Assembly: GCA_964383365.1 (NCBI GenBank)
Contig: CAYLHF010000003.1
Location: forward strand, 64,251 to 128,250
DNA length: 64,000 bases
DNA from: an uncultured Rhodothermales bacterium
Lineage (GTDB): Bacteria > Bacteroidota > Rhodothermia > Rhodothermales > UBA10348
Direction: 5' to 3'
The notes beneath the pieces were generated by a model that did not search any database, was not told where the DNA came from, and saw only the letters and a list, made by a program, of their open reading frames with translations. The translations under genes and the position numbers were made by a program. Positions 9,572 through 19,636 of this stretch are shown in pieces (the first letter of the stretch is position 1; every line of letters starts with the position of its first letter).

Positions 9572-12500
9572 ATGAATACCTATTTGTATAAACGCGTTCT
9601 GTCTTTTGCATTTTTGAGTTTGGTGATATTCACCACTCAGCAGGTCAGTGCACAGGGTGTTACCACTGCGGCGATCAGTGGTACCGTGACCGATGAAAAT
9701 GGAGAGACACTGCCCGGTGCAAATGTCGTGGCTGTACATATGCCGAGCAACACGCAGTATGGAACGGCCACCCGAAACGGAGGACTCTACTCCATTCAGA
9801 ATATGAAAATCGGAGGGCCGTATACGATTACCGTATCGTTTATAGGTTTTCAATCGCACGTTGAGGAGAATGTATTCCTTAGCCTCGGCCAGAATTTACG
9901 ATTGAAGTTCATGCTCTCGGCCGAGGCTATAGAAGCCGGTGCCGTTGTGGTGACGGCCGAGCAGGACGAAGTTTTGAATGCGGATAGGACCGGGGCGGCG
10001 ACGACAGTTACTCTTGAGCAGGTTGCACAACTACCGTCGGTCCGTCGCTCTACGAGAGATCTGACGAGGATGGACCCGAGAAGTGACGGGAATTTCAGCT
10101 TTGGAGGCAGGAATTGGCTGTTCAATAATATTTCCGTTGACGGATCGTACTTCAACAACCCGTTTGGGTTGGATGATCCGGCTCCGGGAGGCCAGACGGG
10201 GGCAGAGCCGATTCCGTTCGATGCCGTCGAACAGGTGCAGGTGTCGATAGCACCGTATGATGTGCGTGAGGGGGGATTCACCGGGGCGGGGATCAATACC
10301 GTCACAAAGAGTGGGACGAACGAATACAAGGCATCACTCTACAGCTTTTTCCGGAATGAGGATCTGGTCGGGAATGCGGTTCGAGGTCAGGATGTAATTG
10401 CGAATCCCGACCTTAAATTCAATCAGACGGGGCTGGCACTCAGTGGTCCGATTATCAAGAATAAACTCTTCTTTTTCGTAAACGGAGAAATTGTTCGCCG
10501 CGACGATCCGGGGACCAACTTTGTGGCTGGATCGGGTTCATCCGGGTTTGGAATATCCCGGGTCGATGCCGCCACCATGGACCGGATTCGAGACCGGATG
10601 ATGTCCGCCTATGGCTATGAAACGGGTCCTTATCAGGGGTATCTCAATCAGACGGACAACGAAAAACTGCTCCTGAAGCTGGATTGGAATATCAACGAAA
10701 GACATAACGTCACGTTCAGATACAATTACCTGGACGCAACGAAAGACCTTGGCCCTCACCCGTTCGTCCTGAGTTTCAACAACACAGGCCGTGGCCCGAA
10801 TCAGACCAGTTTACCGTTCCGAAATTCTGGGTATCGAATGAACAACAACCTGAATTCGTACGCACTGGAAATCAACAGCCGGTTTAATTCATTCTCCAAT
10901 CGGTTTTTCGCCAGCTACAACCGGTTTCGGGATTTCCGGTCTCCGTTCAGTGAGGGCTTCCCCACCGTCGATATCGGTGAGGCCGGTGTCACGTATACGA
11001 CCGTCGGTCACGAGCCTTTCTCGATCCACAATATTCTGGATCAGGATGTTTTTCAGATCACGAATAACGTGACCTTTCCGAAAGGGAACCACGTCTTCAC
11101 AGTAGGGGCAAATTTCGAGTACTTCTCGTTCTTCAATTCCTTCAACATTTTCAGACACGGCGTTTTCTTCCTGCCGGATTTTCTGGATTTCATCGGTGGG
11201 GCGACGTTCTCATCGCTGAATGATTTCTTCGCACGAACGGACCCGAACGCTGCCAATCAGATTGATTTCCGTGGAATGGTTACACCACCGACGAGTCCAT
11301 TCAAAGGAGAAGAGATCAAGGTGGGTCAGTTGGCCTTCTATGCCCAGGACGAATATGTAGTCAACGATAGACTCAATTTGACGTACGGGTTGCGGGTCGA
11401 TCTTCCGATGTATTTCACGGACCCCGTCGATAATCCGTTCTCGAGGGGCTTGACCGCACTGGACGAAAACCGGCAACCGGAGACGGTCGATCAGAGCACA
11501 CTTTCAGGAACGACCGTGCTGTTTTCTCCGCGGATAGGTTTCAACTATGATGTAACCGGAGATCGTTCAACGCAGCTTCGAGGAGGAACGGGTATTTTCA
11601 CCGGTCGGGTTCCGTTCGTATGGATAGGCAATGTGATCTCGAATCCGGGTGTAAATCCAAATATATTCCCCGGGGCGGGGGCTACCGAAGTCAAGACGTC
11701 AGATGACTCCATTTTGCAGCAGTCGTTCGATTTGAATGCCATGGACCCCGATTTCAAGTGGCCACAGGTATGGACGACCAATCTGGCCGTCGATCATCAA
11801 CTCCCGTGGGGTCTGTTGGGGACGCTTGAACTGGTTTACGGTAAAGACATAAATGCCGTAACGGTCCGAAATGCAGATCTTTCGGCTCCACAGCGTACCC
11901 TTCCACAGGATGGAAGACCTTACTATGGTGGATTCGCAGCAGATGGGTCTGCGAATTTCGAGTTGAATAAGGATGGTGGTGCCGGCATCTACGTGATCGA
12001 TAACACGAACGAAGGGTATAATTTCACCGTTACCGGTCAACTCCGCAAACAGTTTGATTTTGGTCTCAACGCCAGCCTTGCGTACACGTATCTCCAGGCG
12101 AAAAATCGTCTGAAATCAACGGAGATTGCCAGCGTACTCTGGCAGAGTCAGCCGGTCAAGGGTGATCCGAATGATCCGTCACTGAGTTACTCCGAGTTCG
12201 GGAACCGGCATCGGGTCGTGGGCGGAGGTACCTACAGTCATCGTTGGTCTGAGAGCACGACGACCCATCTGGGACTGTTCTTCGAGGCTGCCGAGGGCAA
12301 TCAGTTCCTGGCCTCTGGCGGTAACAGGTACTCATTCGTGTACGCTGGAGATGTAAATGGCGACGGTCAGGGCGGAAATGATCTGATGTACATACCCAAT
12401 GACGCCAATGATATCTCGCTGGAGTCATTCGTAGACGCAAATGGAAGAACGATATCAGCAGCTGAGCAGTGGGCTGGTCTGGACGAATTCATCAATCAGG

Positions 12501-12859
12501 ATGATTATCTCAAGAAGCATCGTGGTGAGATTGCCGATCGATTCGGCGCTGTCAATCCCTGGTTCAGTAACATCGATCTGAGAGTCATGCAGGATTTCGA
12601 TTTTAATGTCCGGGGAAAAAAGCAGACTCTTCAGATCTCGCTGGATATTCAGAATGTTGCCAACTTGCTGAATTCGGATTGGGGCGTGCGAAAGATCGCG
12701 ACGGCTGCGTCGACGTCTCCGCTTCAGCTGGTAAAATTCAATGGTTCCGGTGATCCCGTGTTTAATTTCACGGCTACCGGAAACTCGACATTTATCGACG
12801 ACGCAGGACTCTTTTCCCGGTGGCAGGCCCAGTTGGGTATCCGGTATATCTTCAACTAG
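9572..12859 (+). CDS. TonB-dependent outer membrane receptor with N-terminal carboxypeptidase-regulatory-like domain (Oar-like)
   Basis: Signal peptide, CarboxypepD_reg-like ISGTVTDENGETLPGANVVAV, a plug and a long beta-barrel, and the C-terminal strand WQAQLGIRYIFN. The ORF opens at GTG 9566; ATG 9572 is used. Confidence 0.9.
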   Translation: MNTYLYKRVLSFAFLSLVIFTTQQVSAQGVTTAAISGTVTDENGETLPGANVVAVHMPSNTQYGTATRNGGLYSIQNMKIGGPYTITVSFIGFQSHVEENVFLSLGQNLRLKFMLSAEAIEAGAVVVTAEQDEVLNADRTGAATTVTLEQVAQLPSVRRSTRDLTRMDPRSDGNFSFGGRNWLFNNISVDGSYFNNPFGLDDPAPGGQTGAEPIPFDAVEQVQVSIAPYDVREGGFTGAGINTVTKSGTNEYKASLYSFFRNEDLVGNAVRGQDVIANPDLKFNQTGLALSGPIIKNKLFFFVNGEIVRRDDPGTNFVAGSGSSGFGISRVDAATMDRIRDRMMSAYGYETGPYQGYLNQTDNEKLLLKLDWNINERHNVTFRYNYLDATKDLGPHPFVLSFNNTGRGPNQTSLPFRNSGYRMNNNLNSYALEINSRFNSFSNRFFASYNRFRDFRSPFSEGFPTVDIGEAGVTYTTVGHEPFSIHNILDQDVFQITNNVTFPKGNHVFTVGANFEYFSFFNSFNIFRHGVFFLPDFLDFIGGATFSSLNDFFARTDPNAANQIDFRGMVTPPTSPFKGEEIKVGQLAFYAQDEYVVNDRLNLTYGLRVDLPMYFTDPVDNPFSRGLTALDENRQPETVDQSTLSGTTVLFSPRIGFNYDVTGDRSTQLRGGTGIFTGRVPFVWIGNVISNPGVNPNIFPGAGATEVKTSDDSILQQSFDLNAMDPDFKWPQVWTTNLAVDHQLPWGLLGTLELVYGKDINAVTVRNADLSAPQRTLPQDGRPYYGGFAADGSANFELNKDGGAGIYVIDNTNEGYNFTVTGQLRKQFDFGLNASLAYTYLQAKNRLKSTEIASVLWQSQPVKGDPNDPSLSYSEFGNRHRVVGGGTYSHRWSESTTTHLGLFFEAAEGNQFLASGGNRYSFVYAGDVNGDGQGGNDLMYIPNDANDISLESFVDANGRTISAAEQWAGLDEFINQDDYLKKHRGEIADRFGAVNPWFSNIDLRVMQDFDFNVRGKKQTLQISLDIQNVANLLNSDWGVRKIATAASTSPLQLVKFNGSGDPVFNFTATGNSTFIDDAGLFSRWQAQLGIRYIFN

Positions 12860-12868
12860 TTGCCGCCG

Positions 12869-14338
12869 TCAGGCTGCGATCATCGCGCGGTAAAGGGAAA
12901 GATATTTTCTTGCCGAGTGGCTCCATGAGTGCTCTGCCCGCATACCACACCGTTGGATGGTCTCCCACCGCAGCGGTGCCTGGTAAGCGGCGAGAGCCCG
13001 GTCGAGGGCATTCGAGAGGGAATCTGTATCGAAGTCGACGAATGCGAACCCGTTTCCGTTTTTCGGATCCAGGTCGGCATCCGTAATGGTATCCCGGAGA
13101 CCGCCGATGTGCCGAACCACAGGTATGGTGCCGTACGCCAGACTGTACATCTGATTGAGTCCACATGGCTCAAACCGGGAAGGCATCAGAAACAGATCGG
13201 AGCCACCCTCAATCAGGTGGGCGAGGGGTTCATTGTATCCGGTCTCAAGGGCGACAAGGTCAGGATATCGTTCTTCGGCGCGGCGAAATTCGTCCTCAAT
13301 AGCTGATTCTCCACTTCCAAGAACGACGAGTTGTAGACGCTTCTGATTCAAAAAGGGTTCGAGGGCTGATAGGAGAAGATCGAAGCCTTTCTGCCAGGCG
13401 AACCGGGAGACAATGCCAGCGAGCGGAATACGCTCATCCGCCGACAATTCAGAAACGACTTTCAGTCCGCTTTTCTTCAGCAGTCGATCCCGGCAGGCTT
13501 TTTTCCCTCTCAGGTCCGAGGCATTCCAGGTAGACGCCAGGTGGGGATCGCTCGTAGGGTTCCATGAGTCAACGTCGATTCCATTCAGGATTCCGACGAC
13601 GGTATCACTACGCGAGCGAATGACGCCGTCGAGTCCGGCTCCCTGCTCGGGCCAGCAGATTTCCTCAGCATAAGAAGGACTGACGGTCGAAATTCGATCA
13701 GCAAGGCAGATACCTGCCTTGAGGAAGGAAAACTGGCCGTAGTATTCGAACGTTTGACCGGGATCCGTCTTACAGTGGTCAAGTCCTGCCTTTGACACGA
13801 GTGAGAGATCAAAACATCCCTGGTACGCGAGGTTGTGGATCGTCAACAGGGTGTGAGTGTCGGTAAAAAAATTATCGCGTCGGTTTTCCTGTTCGAGAAG
13901 TGCGGGCAGGAGTGCCGTTTGCCAGTCATTACAGTGCAATATGTCGGGAGCACTTCCTGACAGCCGTAAAATGGAGAGTATGGCCTGCTGAAAGAATAGA
14001 AAACGCTCACCCTCGTCCGGATCCGCTGTATAGATCTGTTTTCGATCGAAGTAATATGGACACTCAACGAGATGAACATGCACCGTGGATTCCGGAAGCA
14101 GACCGGTCCAGTAGTCGACGGGAAATGAGTGGTCTCCGATATGTAGTTGGTTCGCTGCAGTGACTTCGACTCTTGTGAATCCGAATGAAACAGGATCGAT
14201 CTGTCGATACCGCGGGAGAAACAGGTGGCTCTCATGACCCTCATTTGAAACAAATCGGGGAAGCGAGCCAAGTACATCTGCCAGCCCACCCGTTTTTACA
14301 AACGGTACGCACTCACTCGTCGCGTAGCAGATCGTCAC
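12869..14338 (-). CDS. glgA: glycogen synthase (ADP-glucose type)
   Basis: MTICYATSECVPFVKTGGLADV (KTGGL motif) and C-terminal MPSRFEPCGLNQMYSLAYGTIPVV. GTG start. Confidence 0.9.
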   Translation of the reverse strand: MTICYATSECVPFVKTGGLADVLGSLPRFVSNEGHESHLFLPRYRQIDPVSFGFTRVEVTAANQLHIGDHSFPVDYWTGLLPESTVHVHLVECPYYFDRKQIYTADPDEGERFLFFQQAILSILRLSGSAPDILHCNDWQTALLPALLEQENRRDNFFTDTHTLLTIHNLAYQGCFDLSLVSKAGLDHCKTDPGQTFEYYGQFSFLKAGICLADRISTVSPSYAEEICWPEQGAGLDGVIRSRSDTVVGILNGIDVDSWNPTSDPHLASTWNASDLRGKKACRDRLLKKSGLKVVSELSADERIPLAGIVSRFAWQKGFDLLLSALEPFLNQKRLQLVVLGSGESAIEDEFRRAEERYPDLVALETGYNEPLAHLIEGGSDLFLMPSRFEPCGLNQMYSLAYGTIPVVRHIGGLRDTITDADLDPKNGNGFAFVDFDTDSLSNALDRALAAYQAPLRWETIQRCGMRAEHSWSHSARKYLSLYRAMIAA

Positions 14339-14427
14339 AGGATTCAGACCGGGAGTTGGTTTGGAAATATGTCTTTAGCCGGACCGATAATAGGGAATCG
14401 TCCTATCTTTGACCCGACTCAAGAGCG

Positions 14428-15534
14428 ATGTGCCTGAACGTTGAGGCACTCCACGTGTATTTATCTGTCATATCCCGACTCGATATAGCGATGCTACCAG
14501 ACTTTTTCGAGAGTGCACACATACCGTTCGAGACAGACGAAGCGTTCACCGCGCGTCTGGCCGAGGCTGTGGAAGCGCACCTTATTGAAAGAAACAGGAC
14601 CACTATCGGTGAATCGGAAGAACAGCGACCCTTATACGGATATCGAATGGGTCAGGGACCCGACTACGTGAGTCTCATCGCCGGAGCACATGCAGATGAA
14701 CCGGTCGGACCTCAGACCCTTCGTACACTTGTTTTTTCGATGCTGACGAACGAATGTTTATTCGAAGACCTGCTCAGGCGATTCACGTTTTTGATTGTTC
14801 CTCATGTCAATCCCGACGGTGAGCAGAGGAACCAGCGATGGATCGAAAAATGGCCGGACGTGTCTGCATACCTGCAGGACGTTGTACGGGAGGGACCCGG
14901 TTTCGATATAGAGTTTTCGTATCCGGATCGTCGGGCGGAGAACAGGGCCGTAATTGAATTTATTCGCCACGACGCTCCAATAAGACTCCACGTGAGTCTT
15001 CACGGGATGGGATTTTCAGACGGTGCCATGCTACTGATCGACAAGAATTGGTCGTATCGAACGGATCGACTTCAAGAGGAGTTCTCGCGGTTGTCGAGTC
15101 GATTCGGATTCTCCATGCACGATCACAACAGGAAGGGAGAAAAGGGTTTCTTTCAGATCGGTCCGGGATTTACGACGACTCCGGAAGGTCGGGCAATGAG
15201 GACATACTTCCTTTCCCGTGGCGATCCCGATATGGCAGATCTATTCGGGGACAGTTCCATGGAAGCCGTTCAGTCCATGGGAGGCGATCCGCTGTGTCTG
15301 GTTACGGAACTTCCCCTGTTTCTTGTCGATGGTCCCTCCGAGCCCGGTATTCCTTCGGGATACCTGGAATTTGTTCAATCGAGGCCCGGTATCCTAAACT
15401 ACCTGTCAGAGGGTGGGAAGATCGACTCCGTCGTGGACCGATTCGGGCTTACTCCGGTTCCCCTCCGTGATGCCATGGCAATCCAGTGGAAAACCATCGG
15501 TCTCGGACTCGAACAGGTGGCTTTGACGACCTGA
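14428..15534 (+). CDS. M14 family zinc carboxypeptidase-like protein (cytoplasmic)
   Basis: Zn-ligand motif HADE (HxxE), NPDG, and a downstream HVSLHGM. No signal peptide. An alternative ATG lies at 14491. Confidence 0.7.
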   Translation: MCLNVEALHVYLSVISRLDIAMLPDFFESAHIPFETDEAFTARLAEAVEAHLIERNRTTIGESEEQRPLYGYRMGQGPDYVSLIAGAHADEPVGPQTLRTLVFSMLTNECLFEDLLRRFTFLIVPHVNPDGEQRNQRWIEKWPDVSAYLQDVVREGPGFDIEFSYPDRRAENRAVIEFIRHDAPIRLHVSLHGMGFSDGAMLLIDKNWSYRTDRLQEEFSRLSSRFGFSMHDHNRKGEKGFFQIGPGFTTTPEGRAMRTYFLSRGDPDMADLFGDSSMEAVQSMGGDPLCLVTELPLFLVDGPSEPGIPSGYLEFVQSRPGILNYLSEGGKIDSVVDRFGLTPVPLRDAMAIQWKTIGLGLEQVALTT

Positions 15535-15536
15535 GT

Positions 15537-16082
15537 TCAACCGAACAGCCACCGAACGACGAAGACGGCCAGAATCAGCGCTGTTGCATCTGCAATCAGG
15601 CCTGCCGGAACTGCATGACGGGTGCGTTTTACGTTCACCGCTCCGAAATACACTGCAATGACGTAAAACGTTGTTTCTGTAGATCCGAACATCGTCGCCG
15701 CCATTTTTACCAGGATCGAATCCTCACCAAACTGGTGAATCATATCGAGTACAACGGCGGCGGATCCAGATCCAGTAAGCGGTCGGATAATCATCATGGG
15801 AAGCACTTCTGGCGGGATGCCGATCCATGAGAACACCGGTCGCATACCCTCGGTCAAAAACTCGAGTGCGCCGGACGCTCTGAACATGCCAATCGCAAAC
15901 AAGATCGCTACCAGGTACGGGATTATGCTCACTGCGACTCGAAAACCACCTTTGGCACCTTCCACAAACTCTTCGTAGACGGGCACCTTCTTGTAGAGTC
16001 CGTACAACGGGAAAGCGACGATCAGAACGGGCAATACGAAGACCGAAACGACGTCTATGAGGGTCTTGATAAATTCCATCAC
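15537..16082 (-). CDS. nucleoside-recognition (Gate) domain membrane protein, SpmB-like
   Basis: 181 aa, entirely membrane-embedded, resembling Bacillus SpmB. A 4-nt start/stop overlap with the upstream SpmA-like gene. Confidence 0.75.
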   Translation of the reverse strand: MMEFIKTLIDVVSVFVLPVLIVAFPLYGLYKKVPVYEEFVEGAKGGFRVAVSIIPYLVAILFAIGMFRASGALEFLTEGMRPVFSWIGIPPEVLPMMIIRPLTGSGSAAVVLDMIHQFGEDSILVKMAATMFGSTETTFYVIAVYFGAVNVKRTRHAVPAGLIADATALILAVFVVRWLFG

Positions 16083-17071
16083 AGGCCTCCCATATTATTT
16101 TCAGCGAGGCACGGCCCCGGATCGGTATCCCGGTATCTCTTCAGCTTACCCAGCAGGCGAGCGGATACGATGGCCACAAGAAGGGAGATGCTCGTGACGA
16201 TCAAAATCGAAAATATAAGTTGATTGATCTGGAGTCCCATGAGAGCGACCAGCATGACGGGTGGTACTATCTGGACACTGGCCGTATTCATGGCGAGCAG
16301 CATGACCATCGAATTTGTCGCGGTCTCCTTTTCCGGATTCAGTCTTTGCAACTCTTCCATGGCCTTGATTCCCAATGGAGTCGCAGCATTTCCAAGCCCG
16401 AGCATGTTGGCCGTCAGATTCAATGCAATCATACCCATGGCTGGATGGTCCCTCGGGATCTCCGGAAATACTTTTCGGAGCACCGGCTGCGTAAATCGAA
16501 CGAGAGAATTGATCATTCCGGATTTCTCGGCGATCTGAAGTAGTCCCATCCAGAGAGCAATGATTCCTATCAGACCCAGCGCGAGTGTTACGGCGGTCTC
16601 AGCCATATCGAATGCAGCTCCTGCGATAGCATTCATCTTTACGAACCGGACCGGTGCAAACGTGACCGTTCCAGTAGCGGTCGAGTCCGCCCCGACTTCA
16701 GACAGGATCGTACGACCACGTAAATCGTGGTCACGCGGCGACGTCACATCCCGAATGACCGACAGGGGAGCGGGAAGGTCGGCCTCGTTGCCAAAACGGA
16801 TCTGATTGCCTTCATTCGTACGAATCAGGATTCCCTCATAGGTTGAGTTAACCGGACGGGTGATTCCATAAAACGATCGAAGCGTCGTTGCCTGAATCTC
16901 TACCGTGACGACCTGACGTCTCGATTGCGTGTCGTAGCCATTCGAAAATTGGACTGAAATGGGGAGGGGTTGCCCGTTCCGATACGTGTCGCCCACGAGG
17001 TCACTCGTATCGTATATCATGGCGAATAGCAGACTGAAGCCGATGAGTCCTGCCCAGATGTAATTCAGCAT
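16079..17071 (-). CDS. nucleoside-recognition (Gate) domain membrane protein, SpmA-like
   Basis: N-terminal MLNYIWAGLIGFSLLFA, a large extracytoplasmic insert, then Gate-domain TM helices (AMGMIALNLTANMLGLGNAATPLGIKAM). Confidence 0.75.
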   Translation of the reverse strand: MLNYIWAGLIGFSLLFAMIYDTSDLVGDTYRNGQPLPISVQFSNGYDTQSRRQVVTVEIQATTLRSFYGITRPVNSTYEGILIRTNEGNQIRFGNEADLPAPLSVIRDVTSPRDHDLRGRTILSEVGADSTATGTVTFAPVRFVKMNAIAGAAFDMAETAVTLALGLIGIIALWMGLLQIAEKSGMINSLVRFTQPVLRKVFPEIPRDHPAMGMIALNLTANMLGLGNAATPLGIKAMEELQRLNPEKETATNSMVMLLAMNTASVQIVPPVMLVALMGLQINQLIFSILIVTSISLLVAIVSARLLGKLKRYRDTDPGPCLAENNMGGL

Positions 17072-17362
17072 ACGTGGAGATTCGGATGAAAAGGAGCTTC
17101 ATTATACGAGAATCCTCGCTGGAAATGATCCGGGGCGTAGACGCGTTTGCGGAAGTGGCGGAAAGGAGCGCAGGCGGGCGCGTAACGAACCAAGGAGGTA
17201 CTGCGTCGTTTTTCGAGCCTGATAGACTGGCGTTACCAGGCCCTGAATAGACCACGCATCGACCATATCGGCAAAAATGCGAGGCTCTTAAACCGGATAG
17301 TGTGAAGGAGCGGTGAACGCACTCGATTAAGATTATGTCGCAATGGCCGAAAAGAAGAGAGG

Positions 17363-18610
17363 ATGCTTCTACATTTTTGTCCTACTTCTATGGTAATCGA
17401 ATCGTTGAGACCGACACATTCTGTTCTGTCAGTATTACCATCAGGACCCCTGCGGCATATTCCTGTTCTGCTGATAGTTCTATCCATTCTCGCTGCTACT
17501 TGCGAAACCGTAGCTGGACCTCAAAATGATTCGAGTACGCCTGGGAGATCTGACTCGACCCTCGTCCCCCCGAAAAACGATGCGGCGTTCACGGTTGTAG
17601 GATATCATCCGTGGTGGTTGGCATCTGCCTGGGCGTCGTATGACCTGAGCCTGCTGGACAGGATCTATTTTTTCGAAATAGAGGTAGGGGCCAATGGTCG
17701 TCTGACCGATCGAAACGGGTGGCCTTTTCTATGGTCTGAAATGAATGAGACGGCCGTCAGGAGCAACGTCGGTGTATCGCCGACGGTAACCATCCTGGAT
17801 ACCCAGACCTATATATCTCTATTTTCCGACTCGACGGCCGTATCGACATTGTTCACGGAATTGACTGCTCTGGCGTCTTCCGGAATGGTCTCGGGCCTCC
17901 ACCTGGACATCGAAGCCTTCGAACAGACTCCACCGGAGTTGAGAGGAATATTTTCGACGTTCGTTGAAGATCTCTCTCGTGAACTCCATGCGAGAAGGCC
18001 GGATTTCAGTCTTTCGTTGTTCCTACTTGCTCTCGATGCATCCGATAATTATGACGAAGCGCGTCTCGCGGCGGCCGTGGACTACGTCGTCGTCCAGGGA
18101 TACGATTTGCACTGGCTTGGTGATGACGAGGCGGGACCCGTTGCTTCTCTTACGGGCTGGGGAGATCGCAACTGGCACGACATCGTGGAAAAAATGATCT
18201 CCTCCGGGATCCCCAGATCGAAGATGTTGATGGCAGTGCCGTACTACGGATATGAGTGGCCGACCACCGGTCCAGAACCTGGTTCCAGCACCACAGGACC
18301 GGGATCTTTGTTGCCCTACGCCCCGGTACTGGATGGATTCTCTTCCGCCCGTGATCAGGCCGTCAAGAACGGATTACTCCGTGATACACAGAGTGATTCG
18401 CCGTACTACACGTTTCAGGACAGTACGGGTTGGCATCAGGGCTGGTTCGAAGATGCCCGAAGTCTTGCGTCGAAATACGCTTTTGTACTGGATGAAGGAC
18501 TCGCGGGTATCGCCATATTTCCTTTCGGGTATGGAGATCCAACTCTGAACGAGATTCTTAGAAGTGCCCGGCTTGGGCTGTCACCGATACCCATTCCGGG
18601 AACGAATTAG
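17363..18610 (+). CDS. glycoside hydrolase family 18 protein (YaaH/SleL-like), secreted
   Basis: GH18 pattern: VVGYHPWW, a catalytic-type GLHLDIE, VDYVVVQGYDLHW, and MAVPYYGYEW. The signal peptide ends ..SILAATC. An alternative ATG lies at 17390. Confidence 0.75.
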   Translation: MLLHFCPTSMVIESLRPTHSVLSVLPSGPLRHIPVLLIVLSILAATCETVAGPQNDSSTPGRSDSTLVPPKNDAAFTVVGYHPWWLASAWASYDLSLLDRIYFFEIEVGANGRLTDRNGWPFLWSEMNETAVRSNVGVSPTVTILDTQTYISLFSDSTAVSTLFTELTALASSGMVSGLHLDIEAFEQTPPELRGIFSTFVEDLSRELHARRPDFSLSLFLLALDASDNYDEARLAAAVDYVVVQGYDLHWLGDDEAGPVASLTGWGDRNWHDIVEKMISSGIPRSKMLMAVPYYGYEWPTTGPEPGSSTTGPGSLLPYAPVLDGFSSARDQAVKNGLLRDTQSDSPYYTFQDSTGWHQGWFEDARSLASKYAFVLDEGLAGIAIFPFGYGDPTLNEILRSARLGLSPIPIPGTN

Positions 18611-18654
18611 GCCCGTACAGACTCTACGCACAGGCTCCGCGGCAGAGTATCTGG

Positions 18655-19494
18655 TCAGATCGATGGCAACCAGATGGAGAGCAACAATGGCGTTAGTGCA
18701 TCGCACAACGGGTTAAGCGGGGAGACCGCCTTGAGTGGGAGTCTGAATACGGTAGCCTCGTGGCGAATTTCCCACACCGTTTCATTCGAGTTTTTCCCGG
18801 CTTCACAGCGCACAATTTCAACACAGGAGTCCGCTCTATCATTCGATCTTACCTCGTCTGTCTCATCCGAGATCAGCAGGGTATGCATGAACTTGACATC
18901 GCGGCCGGGAGAGGTTGAGTCCACACAAACCTTGAATACGGGCTCCAGGCGGACAGACAATTCATCCGCAAGGCGGGCAGAGCCACCGTCAGGAGACGCT
19001 TCCGGGGATACTTTTATAACCAGTTCACTTCGTGTGTCGGAATCATTCCGTTGCGAAACGAGACCGTGTATCTCTGGATCGTCGCGTGCCGGAGAGCGGA
19101 ACGTTCTCTCACATCCTTCGACGAGTAACCCGTGTACACTCCGGGGATGAATAAAGAAAATCCGGCAGTCGTCCGCGCCGTCGGAAAGTCCGGTCCCGAT
19201 AAGCTCAAATCCCGCCTCTGACAGGGTCTTCGAGACCGTTGAAGCATCGTCCATGGAAAACGCAATATGGTGGACTCCTTCGCCCCGTTTAGACAGAAAC
19301 CGTGCGACTGGAGACGAGTCCGAGAGGGATTCAAGTAACTCAATCTTTACGCCGTCTGCCCACAGAAAATGAGTCCGGACGCCTTCTCCGACAACGGTTT
19401 CGGACTTGTAAACACCGCTACCGAGAAGAGTCGAGAACGTCTCGATCGCTTTTTCAGCGTCTGAAACGGCTATTCCAATGTGTTCGATGCGCAT
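18655..19494 (-). CDS. methylmalonyl-CoA epimerase (VOC/glyoxalase fold) with about 150-aa C-terminal extension of unknown function
   Basis: MRIEHIGIAVSDAEKAIETFSTLLG ... GEGVHHIAF ... IFFIHPRSVHGLLVE covers a complete epimerase-sized domain. The ORF then continues for about 150 aa. TTG 19548 opens the ORF; ATG 19494 is used. Confidence 0.7.
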   Translation of the reverse strand: MRIEHIGIAVSDAEKAIETFSTLLGSGVYKSETVVGEGVRTHFLWADGVKIELLESLSDSSPVARFLSKRGEGVHHIAFSMDDASTVSKTLSEAGFELIGTGLSDGADDCRIFFIHPRSVHGLLVEGCERTFRSPARDDPEIHGLVSQRNDSDTRSELVIKVSPEASPDGGSARLADELSVRLEPVFKVCVDSTSPGRDVKFMHTLLISDETDEVRSNDRADSCVEIVRCEAGKNSNETVWEIRHEATVFRLPLKAVSPLNPLCDALTPLLLSIWLPSI

Positions 19495-19636
19495 ATTTCG
19501 AGCCAGATGGTGCGTTATTCCGAAGATTACGCAAGTCTTTGCCGTCAAACCAGTGTGAGTAGGCGCGTGATGGATGTATCTTTTACCAGCGCGATGAATC
19601 CCGATCCAGAGTCATGATAGATTGACGTGCCGGCTT

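Noticed and set aside
19495-19636. A possible metal (NiCo/czcD-type) riboswitch in the 142-nt leader of the CDF transporter gene.
   Set aside because: I see no extended paired elements or conserved core there. I cannot confirm this without a covariance-model search (for example Rfam cmscan), which would decide it.
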